A DNA stretch of 64,000 nt from an uncultured Alphaproteobacteria bacterium (GTDB lineage: Bacteria > Pseudomonadota > Alphaproteobacteria > Rs-D84), in contig CANSHD010000001.1 of assembly GCA_947646585.1 (NCBI GenBank), positions 313,210-377,209 of the forward strand, in the 5' to 3' direction. The position numbers were made by a program, and so were the translations under genes. The notes under the pieces were generated by a model, which saw only the letters and a program-made list of their open reading frames with translations, searched no databases and had not been told where the DNA came from. Every line of letters begins with the position of its first letter. Position 1 is the first letter of the stretch. Of the stretch, positions 40,563 through 48,354 are shown in pieces.

Positions 40563-41122
40563 ATGGTAAAAAGTCTTTATATTATCGCGGGTCCAAATGG
40601 TTCTGGTAAAACCACATTGGCAAAAGAGCTGGTAAAGGAAGATAATATTGCATTCTTAAACGCAGATGAAATAGCAAAGAAAAAAGGAGATGCAATCGGC
40701 ATTGCTGCCGGTCGTTTGCTATTGGATAAGCTAGATTCTTTATTGGAGGAAGGTAAATCTATTATTTGGGAATCTACGGTTTCAGGTAATTTTCATACAA
40801 AAATCATAGAACGTGCGAAAAAGTCAAAATATGAAATAGTATTTATATCTTTTTAGATTCTGTTGAGCAAAATATTATGCGTATAGAACAGCGGGTCGCA
40901 TTGGGTGGGCATACCGTTCCTGAATGTGATGTGCGTCGCAGATATAATCGCAGTTTAAATAACTTTAAAGATATCATTCCAAATGTTTCTCATTGGGAAC
41001 TGTATTATAATGGTGGCAATAATTATATTTTAATAGCTCGTGGCAAGGGAGATTTTATTGACATTATTAATGAACAAGTCTATCATAATTTTGTAAAAAG
41101 GCTAAAAAATGACAAAAAGTGA
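40563..41122 (+). pseudogene. Zeta-toxin / AAA-family P-loop ATPase gene disrupted by a 1-nt frameshift in a T5 homopolymer at 40850–40854.
   Basis: ORF1 'MVKSLYIIAGPNGSGKTTLAKEL…KYEIVFISF*'. With one extra T the frame continues as 'FLDSVEQNIMRIEQRVALGGHTVPECDVRRRYNRSLNNF…', which is the typical family C-terminus. The region is AT-rich. Confidence 0.65.
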
Positions 41123-41252
41123 TTATGAATTATCTGCAAAAATATCACGTTTGGCTAATCGCGGCGCATACAAGGCGCGTGAAAAAGCGCGCCGAGCGGG
41201 CGTGCCTGTTGCATATGCGTTTGATGGAAAAATATTTGAGGTTTGTCTGTAA
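41109..41252 (+). CDS. Small ORF of 47 aa, overlapping the ATPase 3' end and followed by a strong terminator. Possible cognate partner of the ATPase.
   Basis: 'MTKSDYELSAKISRLANRGAYKAREKARRAGVPVAYAFDGKIFEVCL'. Ends directly at the hairpin 'acgcccaatgggcgg' followed by T6. Confidence 0.35.
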   Translation: MTKSDYELSAKISRLANRGAYKAREKARRAGVPVAYAFDGKIFEVCL

Positions 41253-41286
41253 TAAAAAAACGCCCAATGGGCGGTTTTTTAATTTG
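41253..41286 (+). terminator. Rho-independent terminator.
   Basis: 'aaaaaaacgcccaatgggcggttttttaattt'. Confidence 0.75.
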
Positions 41287-41305
41287 TCGCGTGGAGTGAT
41301 TGATA

Positions 41306-41541
41306 TGTTAAAACAGATATTAAATTTCGAAAATGGTTTCGGTGATGTTGTCATATTGAAAGAGACCGCTGGCTTTACCGTTAAATATTCGCTTAAGAAA
41401 TGCCCGGGCGTATATCATTGCCGTGTAAATAATACGGTGGATTATGACAAGGCCGTAAAGCACTTTAACCGCTATCGTGGCATATTAAAGCGTCGCGAGA
41501 CCATCAGCCGCACGCGGGGGAAACAATCGTGCCGGATATAA
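41306..41541 (+). CDS. Hypothetical small protein, 78 aa.
   Basis: ATG-initiated ORF 'MLKQILNFENGFGDVVILKETAGFTVKYSLKKCPGVYHCRVNN…' in an AT-rich context. Confidence 0.3.
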
Positions 41542-41768
41542 TCACAAACGTAGATATGCTGTACACCACCCCCATGGGAACGATGCGGATACGTCGTAAT
41601 CTTGGTATAGATGTCGACAACGTGGTTGAATATTGCCGTGCGCGCATACTGTCGCCGGAATCCGCAATAGAACGCCGTGGTAAAAATTGGTATATATTGT
41701 TGCCGGATTGCACGATTACGGTTAATGCGTCGTCTTGCACAATCATTACGGCGCACAAAGTCCGTTGA
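41529..41768 (+). CDS. DUF3781-like small protein.
   Basis: '…LYTTPMGTMRIRRNLGIDVDNVVEYC…RRGKNWYILLPDCTITVNASSCTIITAHK' resembles the DUF3781 signature (GKNWY…ITVNAxSYTIITAH). Confidence 0.45.
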   Translation: MPDIITNVDMLYTTPMGTMRIRRNLGIDVDNVVEYCRARILSPESAIERRGKNWYILLPDCTITVNASSCTIITAHKVR

Positions 41769-41847
41769 CCAATTATTTTATTGCAATCTATGTAATCTGT
41801 AATACACTTTGGGGCCAGAGAGGGAATGCAACAAAAGGTAAGTTGTT

Positions 41848-42258
41848 ATGAAAAAGATATTCCTTGTCTCTGTTATTTCCATTTTTTGTGCGGGCGTCGC
41901 GTTGGCGTCGGATATGCTGCCGGCGGGCGGTTATTATGAAACCGAAAGCGCCGATTGCGACATGAATGCAATGCGTGCCGAATTGGACCGTGCCACGGCC
42001 GCGCGTCGTGCGGTGATTACGGTTGTGCGCTGTGCGCCGCGTGCGACGGACCGTGATATGGCCCGGGACGCGTCCTATGACGCGGAATATGCGGCGTTTG
42101 ATGATGGTTGCACCGATTGCGCCGCCCCGATAGAGCGCGTGATAGACCGCCGCGTATATGTGGAGGAAACGGTTCAGCAGTATCGTCCGGTTCTGCACTA
42201 TGTTCCGGCCGGAACATATTCGCGCACACGCCAAATATGCAACGAATGCGATATGTAA
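41848..42258 (+). CDS. Small secreted Cys-containing hypothetical protein.
   Basis: Signal peptide 'MKKIFLVSVISIFCAGVALA'. Six Cys including a C-terminal 'CNECDM'. Confidence 0.45.
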   Translation: MKKIFLVSVISIFCAGVALASDMLPAGGYYETESADCDMNAMRAELDRATAARRAVITVVRCAPRATDRDMARDASYDAEYAAFDDGCTDCAAPIERVIDRRVYVEETVQQYRPVLHYVPAGTYSRTRQICNECDM

Positions 42259-42392
42259 AAAGTCTTGCCAAACCGGCGCAAAAGCGATAAACTTTGTATA
42301 TAAACATATGCCTAATAAAAACCACCGATAAAAGCGGTGGTTTTTAATTTATAAAAAATATTGGTTTTCTGCATTTTTTTATTCTCTCCGGT

Positions 42393-42938
42393 GTGCCTAA
42401 GGAAAACGGTCCTTTTTTTGCAGCGCTGTTTTGCGCATGTTCCGCCAACGCGGGGACAGTATGTGCCGATTGTTACAAGTGTGTTTCCGGAACCGCTGAC
42501 AATTGTTATAAATGTGAATATGATAAAAACTATTGTATGGGTATCGATGAACCGATTGTAGAATGCGCGGGAAATGCAAAGTGGGACAGCACACAACGCA
42601 AATGTGTCTGTCCCAATACTATTGCGGCGATTTGTAGTAATCCGTGGGGGTTTTTCGATAGTTCCGACAATGTGTGTGATTGTGCCCAGGTGGCGTGTAT
42701 ATCAGGAAAATATCCCGTGTCGGCCAATACATGCAAAGATTGCCCGTTGCCGGATTTCACATTGTCGTCCTGTAGCATTCAAAGCAGCGTTGATTATGCG
42801 ACGGATATGGAAATGAAAGTCGGCGGATACAACGGCTGTTATATCCCCGGGGGCTGTGTGGCAACAGACGATACCGGTACGTTCGAACTGATTGCGGACT
42901 GCAAGTACAGCACGGCGCTGGAAGTTGAGTTTAATTAA
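42393..42938 (+). CDS. Small cysteine-rich hypothetical protein of about 180 aa with 22 Cys. Start uncertain (GTG).
   Basis: 'CADCYKCVSGTADNCYKCEYDKNYC…CVCPNTIAAICSNPWGFFDSSDNVCDCAQVACISGKYPVSANTCKDCPLPDF…'. Confidence 0.4.
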   Translation: MPKENGPFFAALFCACSANAGTVCADCYKCVSGTADNCYKCEYDKNYCMGIDEPIVECAGNAKWDSTQRKCVCPNTIAAICSNPWGFFDSSDNVCDCAQVACISGKYPVSANTCKDCPLPDFTLSSCSIQSSVDYATDMEMKVGGYNGCYIPGGCVATDDTGTFELIADCKYSTALEVEFN

Positions 42939-43444
42939 ATCTGAACGCCCATAAAGTATTTTGCGGCGACGCCGATTATAAAAGAGGCCGTGGCCACACC
43001 GGCACATATCAGCAGCATTTCCGCAAAGCGTTTCATAAACGGCCGGTGTGATACGCGCCCGATGGCACAGTTAAATCCGAATATTATCAGCACCGCAATT
43101 AAACCCATCATGCCCAGTGCCCAAAATCTGTCGGGGATTACGGCAAACGGGAACAGCAGGGCCGCACTGGTCCCGACATACATAATTCCGGTGTACAGCG
43201 CCGCGTTCAGCGCCCGCGGGTTTTCGTCCGCACGCTGGGCCTGGTAATTGGCGGCGGCCATGGACATGCTGGCCGCGACGGCGGCGATTGCACCCGTCAT
43301 TATGATTATCTTTCTATCCGCGATTGCAAACGTCAGGCCCGCGATAATTCCGCTTAATTCCACCAGCGCGTCATGCATCCCCAGCACCAGCGCCCCCGTG
43401 TATTCAAAATGCTTTTTGGTCTTCATATCCATTGATTTTATCAT
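42935..43444 (-). CDS. VIT1/CCC1-family membrane protein (putative Fe/Mn transporter domain).
   Basis: 'LGMHDALVELSGIIAGLTFA…AASMSMAAANYQAQ' fits the VIT 'LGxNDGLV…SMAxGEY' pattern. Five TM segments. Confidence 0.5.
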   Translation of the reverse strand: MIKSMDMKTKKHFEYTGALVLGMHDALVELSGIIAGLTFAIADRKIIIMTGAIAAVAASMSMAAANYQAQRADENPRALNAALYTGIMYVGTSAALLFPFAVIPDRFWALGMMGLIAVLIIFGFNCAIGRVSHRPFMKRFAEMLLICAGVATASFIIGVAAKYFMGVQI

Positions 43445-43502
43445 GCCGCGTTTTTACATGCCCCAAGATTGATATCCTGGCCGATTATGTTATGATTACA
43501 TT

Positions 43503-44039
43503 ATGCGTATGACAAGAAAAGATTTTATCGGCGACCCGATGACGGTGGCGCGGCGATTGGTCGGCGCGTATCTGTGCCGCCGTATGGCGGACGGCACGGT
43601 TGTACGCGCGCGCATATCGGAACTGGAACTCTACACCCAGGCCGAGCGCGGATGCCACGCCTATAACGGATGCACCGCGCGAAATGATGCGATGTTTCTG
43701 CCGGGTGGTCACGCGTATGTATATTTGTGCTATGGCCTGCATAATATGTTGAATATCGTCGTGGGTGATGCCGACTATGCGGCGGCCGTCTTAATTCGTG
43801 CGTTGGAAATGCCCGGATGTGCGGGACCGGGTCGATTAACAAAAACGCTGGGGATTACGCGCGCTGATAACAAGATGGATTTATGTGCGCCGGATTGCGC
43901 CATGTGGTTGGAGGCGCGTGCGGCTTGTCCGAAAATCGTCTGCGGGCCGCGCATCGGGATAGATTATGCCGGGCCGGACACGGCGTTGCCGTGGCGCATG
44001 GGTCTGGCGGACAGTCCGCATCTCAGCCGGCCCTTTTAA
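43503..44039 (+). CDS. mpg: DNA-3-methyladenine glycosylase (AAG/Mpg family).
   Basis: 'LVGAYLCRR…RISELELYTQAERGCHAYNGCTARNDAMFLPGGHAYVYLCYGLHNMLNIV' carries the conserved 'E…Y…D.A.H…G.T.RN…G..YVY..YG'. Confidence 0.75.
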   Translation: MRMTRKDFIGDPMTVARRLVGAYLCRRMADGTVVRARISELELYTQAERGCHAYNGCTARNDAMFLPGGHAYVYLCYGLHNMLNIVVGDADYAAAVLIRALEMPGCAGPGRLTKTLGITRADNKMDLCAPDCAMWLEARAACPKIVCGPRIGIDYAGPDTALPWRMGLADSPHLSRPF

Positions 44040-44608
44040 TTGATTTCAACCGCACCCTGTCGGGCGACGGTTATTTTGTCGCCGTCCAATATTGCAACTG
44101 TGCTGGGGCGGCCGCCCATTTTTTCATATGCGTTGTCTATAACGATTATGTCGGGAAACGTCGCGCGAATTTCATCGGCCGTTTTCAGCGGTTCCATCCC
44201 AGATATGTTTGCCGACGATGTCGCCAGACAGTGTCCGTCGATAACGGCGCACAAATCCTGGAACGGTTTGTATGCCGGCACGCGCACACCGCCGAATACG
44301 AATGTGTCCGCACCCGCCACCGGCACCCCCAGGGTTAATGCCCCCGGCCAGTACCGCGCCGCCAATTCAAACGCCGCCGCCGGATATCCGTTCATATACG
44401 GCCTGATATGCGTCAAACTGTCCGACATGATAATCAGATGCTTTTCATGCGGGCGACGTTTTATCTCGAACAGTGCGTCCGCCCCGCGCCGCGTCGGCAG
44501 CGCGCCCAGGCCCCACACCGTGTCCGTCGGGAATGCGATAACGCCGCCCGCCTTTAAATGCGCGTTCAGTCGCTTGATAAAATCCAAATCGTTCAAATCT
44601 GTGTTCAT
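44036..44608 (-). CDS. tsaC: L-threonylcarbamoyladenylate synthase (YrdC/TsaC family).
   Basis: 'GGVIAFPTDTVWGLGA' signature, with 'IKRRP' and 'LIIMS' blocks. 4-nt overlap with mpg on the opposite strand. Confidence 0.75.
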   Translation of the reverse strand: MNTDLNDLDFIKRLNAHLKAGGVIAFPTDTVWGLGALPTRRGADALFEIKRRPHEKHLIIMSDSLTHIRPYMNGYPAAAFELAARYWPGALTLGVPVAGADTFVFGGVRVPAYKPFQDLCAVIDGHCLATSSANISGMEPLKTADEIRATFPDIIVIDNAYEKMGGRPSTVAILDGDKITVARQGAVEIN

Positions 44609-44612
44609 GTGA

Positions 44613-45170
44613 TTAAAAGCTGTAACTTGCGGCCAGACCCGTAAAATTAAACCCGCGGTTTATTTCCGTGAAATCACCGTTAGAAAAATGCAATGTGAAA
44701 AATTCTGCGCGCCAGTTGTCGGATATGTTTTTCCCGATAAAGAACTTTTCCCCGAATACCAGGCGGCTGGAAACATATCTGTCGTGTGAGTCGCGCATAT
44801 ACGGCCCGATGCCGCCGCCGATATAAAATCCGCGCCACGATATCGGCGCCACGTCCCATGATATCCCGACGCCCAGAAATGACAGGCCGCGCGACGAATT
44901 GTATCCGAAATTCTGAACGACATTGAAATTCTGGCGCGCCGGCAGACGGAACAGTGTCATCGGCTGGCTGTACTGGGCCATTATCATGGTCTGGGGCATG
45001 ATGTCCCATTCAAACGGATTGACCAGCTTAAACAGGCTGCCCGGACCGGTGCCCTGGCCGACGTACATTGTAACGGAATTCTGGTGCGATGCGCCGAACA
45101 TCGGGTTCGTGCCGGCATTTGCCGCCACTGGAATCGCACAGGCGATAAACATGCATGTAATTTTCTTCAT
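44613..45170 (-). CDS. Outer-membrane beta-barrel, PagL-like lipid A deacylase family candidate.
   Basis: Signal peptide 'MKKITCMFIACAIPVAANA'. Alternating amphipathic strands. 'HFSNGDF' matches the PagL His-x-Ser-Asn catalytic motif. C-terminal '…ASYSF' with a terminal Phe. Confidence 0.45.
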   Translation of the reverse strand: MKKITCMFIACAIPVAANAGTNPMFGASHQNSVTMYVGQGTGPGSLFKLVNPFEWDIMPQTMIMAQYSQPMTLFRLPARQNFNVVQNFGYNSSRGLSFLGVGISWDVAPISWRGFYIGGGIGPYMRDSHDRYVSSRLVFGEKFFIGKNISDNWRAEFFTLHFSNGDFTEINRGFNFTGLAASYSF

Positions 45171-45379
45171 ATCCCGATTATACAACATTGCAATCAATGT
45201 ATCAAATAAAGTTGACATTATAAGGATTTTTTCCTTTTTACAGTGTCGCGCACGCGGGTTTTCTTATTTACAGAGCTGTCTGAAAATGTTATAATTGCTA
45301 CAAACAGACGAGGAGGCGCGGTCTCCTACGTCCTGAAAACAGTAGGTTTCCGGGCTTTCCCGGATACAGGGAGTTATTT

Positions 45380-47464
45380 ATGAAAAACCGTAATTTCGGG
45401 GATATTTTCAAAAACGTGGTCGGCACAATGTTCTTGCTGGCCGGCGCCGGGTTTGTTTGTTCGACCCTGTTGTCGATGCGCGCCGTGTTCGCAGATCCGA
45501 TTGCACCGACGGCGGGCGTCGCCACAGGCCAGGTATCGTCGCAGCGCGGTGCAACCGCGCGCACGTCCGGCCGCACCGCGACGTCGCGTACAAATGCGGC
45601 CACGGTTGCCCGCACAACATCGGCCCCGGCCGCCGCACGCAGTGTGACCGGCCGTCCGGTTGTTGCGTCGCGCACCACCGCCGCCACGCCGGCCGCAACC
45701 ACGCAATCACGCAGTGTGACGTCCCGTACAACCGCGTCGGGCCGTAATACCGTTTCGCGTACCGGAAACGCGTCGCGCAGTGTTGTCGCCCGCACCGCCA
45801 CAAACAGCAATGCCCGCATCTCTTTGACCGGCAGCGCCATCCGCGGCAGCAAGGCCAACACCACGTCGACCGCATACACATATCTGACCAGCAAGCTTTA
45901 CACCGGCAACTATTCGAATATTATCGACCCGACCACGGGGCTGATTTCTGCCGATGCATACAACAACTGCCTGGAATCATATTACACATGCATGGACGAA
46001 ATCTGCACGGCGCGTAACGCGGCACAGCGCAGATGCGCCTGCGCCGGCCGTGTAAAGGCGTTTGCTGAGGCGGAAACGGCGCTGGAATCCGCGAACGAGG
46101 AATTGATTAAAGTATCGGGCGAACTGGCGCTGCTGATTGCGACCAAGGGCAAGGATGTTAGTCAGGCATTCCAGTTGACCGATGCGGAAAAGGTTATGAA
46201 CTGTGTTTCATGGCGCGAAACAAGTAAAAACGGCACGGCCGATGAGACCGAATTCGGCGACTGGTGCGCGGCGCACGGAATTTATGACAGTTCCTGCAGC
46301 AACAAAAGCGCTCCGTCATATTGTAAGCCGTCCGGCAACACGTTTGACTTTGATATCGCGGATTTGGACGGCACGGGCAGTGATATTTTGGCCTCGCTTC
46401 AGTCCTGGGCGAATGCAAAGGAACAGACCCTGACAATCGTTGCAAACGACAATGACAATCTGTTCAATTCCGCATTGAACCTGTCGGGCGTTGTAGATGG
46501 CCTGACCGGTATCACGGGTTCTTTGGCGTCCAGTGACGATTTAAAGGATTCTTTGGCCGAAACATGGGGCTATGAATTGTTCGAATATGCGCACAACAAC
46601 GTCTGCAACCGCGTTTTGGACTCCTGCTTTAACGGTATTTACGAGGCGTGCGGCACACCGCCGTCCACAGGGCGCAAGTGCAGTAACGGCGCCGCCCAGT
46701 GTCCGTATAACTATAACAGCATGGTATCCGTTTCGAACACCGGTACATATGAATTGAACTTTGTCACCGGCAACAGCGGCTATACGTCTTCGAATTCCGC
46801 AACATGCTTTGGATACACGTCGTCTTCCGGCGACCCGTACTCCAACCTGCGCGGCCCGGTTGCCGATGCGCGCCGCAGTATTCTGCAGAAATATGCGCTG
46901 GATGCGAACGCCGATTGCGACGCATACGGCGAACAGCTGCGTACGACCGCACAGAATATCGGCTATCAGAAGGTCGCCGCACAACAGGCATTGCAGAAAA
47001 AGCGTCTGGAATTCGCTCAGGAAGAGGTTGCCACGATTGCCTCCGAATATCGCAGCGCAATCAGCAACTTCAACGAATGCTTGGCGGAACTGTATGACTG
47101 CTATACGACCCAGGAAACATCCAACAAGTCCTGGAGCACCAGCCGCATAAAGACATACTGCAGCCAGGTGTCGAATGCGCCGCATTGCTATGAACAGATG
47201 ATTTGCAGCAGCCCGAACAGCACACTGCAGGCGGTTATCGACAAAGACGACGATGCGACCAAGGCTTGTACGAATACGACCGAGTACAAGACGAACACCT
47301 GTCGCAATATCATAACGATTGCCGAAATCTTGAACGACTCGTACGCCAGTGGCGCGGTCGAGGGCTCGGCGGTTCAATTGCGCGAGGCCTGTCTGCAAAA
47401 GAACGGTATCGACGGCGTGCGTGATTGGAAAAAGTCCACCACGGACGAAAATGAGGGCTGGTAA
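45380..47464 (+). CDS. Secreted cysteine-rich protein with an N-terminal Ser/Thr/Arg degenerate tandem-repeat tract.
   Basis: Signal peptide '…MFLLAGAGFVCSTLLSMRAVFA'. Repeats 'ARTSGRTATSRTNAATVARTTSAPAAARSVTGRPVVASRTTAAT…SRSVVARTATN'. 'CLESYYTCMDEICTARNAAQRRCACAGR' module shared with the 11089 paralog. Confidence 0.7.
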   Translation: MKNRNFGDIFKNVVGTMFLLAGAGFVCSTLLSMRAVFADPIAPTAGVATGQVSSQRGATARTSGRTATSRTNAATVARTTSAPAAARSVTGRPVVASRTTAATPAATTQSRSVTSRTTASGRNTVSRTGNASRSVVARTATNSNARISLTGSAIRGSKANTTSTAYTYLTSKLYTGNYSNIIDPTTGLISADAYNNCLESYYTCMDEICTARNAAQRRCACAGRVKAFAEAETALESANEELIKVSGELALLIATKGKDVSQAFQLTDAEKVMNCVSWRETSKNGTADETEFGDWCAAHGIYDSSCSNKSAPSYCKPSGNTFDFDIADLDGTGSDILASLQSWANAKEQTLTIVANDNDNLFNSALNLSGVVDGLTGITGSLASSDDLKDSLAETWGYELFEYAHNNVCNRVLDSCFNGIYEACGTPPSTGRKCSNGAAQCPYNYNSMVSVSNTGTYELNFVTGNSGYTSSNSATCFGYTSSSGDPYSNLRGPVADARRSILQKYALDANADCDAYGEQLRTTAQNIGYQKVAAQQALQKKRLEFAQEEVATIASEYRSAISNFNECLAELYDCYTTQETSNKSWSTSRIKTYCSQVSNAPHCYEQMICSSPNSTLQAVIDKDDDATKACTNTTEYKTNTCRNIITIAEILNDSYASGAVEGSAVQLREACLQKNGIDGVRDWKKSTTDENEGW

Positions 47465-47482
47465 ACCCGACCGAATAATCAT

Positions 47483-47518
47483 GAAAATAAAAAATCCCCC
47501 AATGTGGGGATTTTTTAT
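47483..47518 (+). terminator. Rho-independent terminator.
   Basis: 'aaatcccccaatgtgggggatttttt'. Confidence 0.75.
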
Positions 47519-47651
47519 AGCGAAAAATGTATGTCTTGCATAAAATTTTGTGCAAAACGCTTGACTTGGGCGCAAATTAGGGTAATATTTGCATAAACTT
47601 TTAGGCGTACGCATATGCGTATAAACAAAAATAACAAAAAAGAGAAAGAAT

Positions 47652-47951
47652 ATGAGCGATTTTGCAATCTTTCAGACCGGTGGCAAACAGTACCGTGTAA
47701 AAGCGGGCGACATTATCAAGGTTGAAAAACTGAATGCCGAAGGCAAGGTGGAGTTTGACCAGGTGTTGATGTCCGGTGATAAAATCGGTGCGCCGTTTAT
47801 TGACGGGGCAAAGGTTGTTGCCGAAGTTGTTGAACAGAAACGCGCGGATAAAATTTTGGTGTTCAAGAAAAAGCGTCGTCAGAACTATCGTCGCACGGCG
47901 GGACATCGTCAGTTTATCACGGTTTTGAAAATCACAGAAATCAAAGGCTAA
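47652..47951 (+). CDS. rplU: 50S ribosomal protein L21.
   Basis: '[13 protein letters not shown]…[21 protein letters not shown]'. Confidence 0.9.
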   Translation: MSDFAIFQTGGKQYRVKAGDIIKVEKLNAEGKVEFDQVLMSGDKIGAPFIDGAKVVAEVVEQKRADKILVFKKKRRQNYRRTAGHRQFITVLKITEIKG

Positions 47952-47983
47952 TTTCTGCATAAGAAATTAAAGGAGCTAAAACT

Positions 47984-48250
47984 ATGGCACATAAGAAAGC
48001 AGGTTCGGCATCTTCGAACGGACGCGATTCAGCGGGACGTCGTTTGGGCGTTAAAAAAGGCGGCGGCAGCCGTGTTATCCCGGGCAACATCATTATTCGT
48101 CAGCGCGGCACGGCCGTACATCCGGGCAAGAATGTCGGCATGGGCAAAGACCACACGCTGTTTGCGAAAATTGCCGGTATCGTGACATTCAAAAAGGGCA
48201 ACGGCGACCGCAAGACGGTACACGTTGTTCCGGAAGAAGAAGCGAAATAA
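47984..48250 (+). CDS. rpmA: 50S ribosomal protein L27.
   Basis: '[28 protein letters not shown]…IIRQRGT…HPG'. Confidence 0.9.
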   Translation: MAHKKAGSASSNGRDSAGRRLGVKKGGGSRVIPGNIIIRQRGTAVHPGKNVGMGKDHTLFAKIAGIVTFKKGNGDRKTVHVVPEEEAK

Positions 48251-48261
48251 CGCAAAACACA

Positions 48262-48295
48262 ATCCCGCCAATCGGCGGGATTTGTTATTTATATC
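48262..48295 (+). terminator. Rho-independent terminator after rpmA.
   Basis: 'aatcccgccaatcggcgggatttgttattt'. Confidence 0.7.
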
Positions 48296-48354
48296 ATTTA
48301 ATGCGTATAACAGAACTTGCAAACGGGAAATATTTATCTTAAAATTTCCGCATC

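Noticed and set aside
41119-41541. 140-aa ORF spanning the AT-rich islet.
   Set aside because: It reads through a strong rho-independent terminator (41253–41286). It was replaced by a 47-aa ORF ending at the terminator and a separate ATG-initiated 78-aa ORF after it.
46541-47614. 357-aa minus-strand ORF inside the Cys-rich secreted gene.
   Set aside because: Antisense shadow ORF with Arg/Ala/Gly-rich composition and no motifs. The plus-strand gene has a signal peptide and paralogs.
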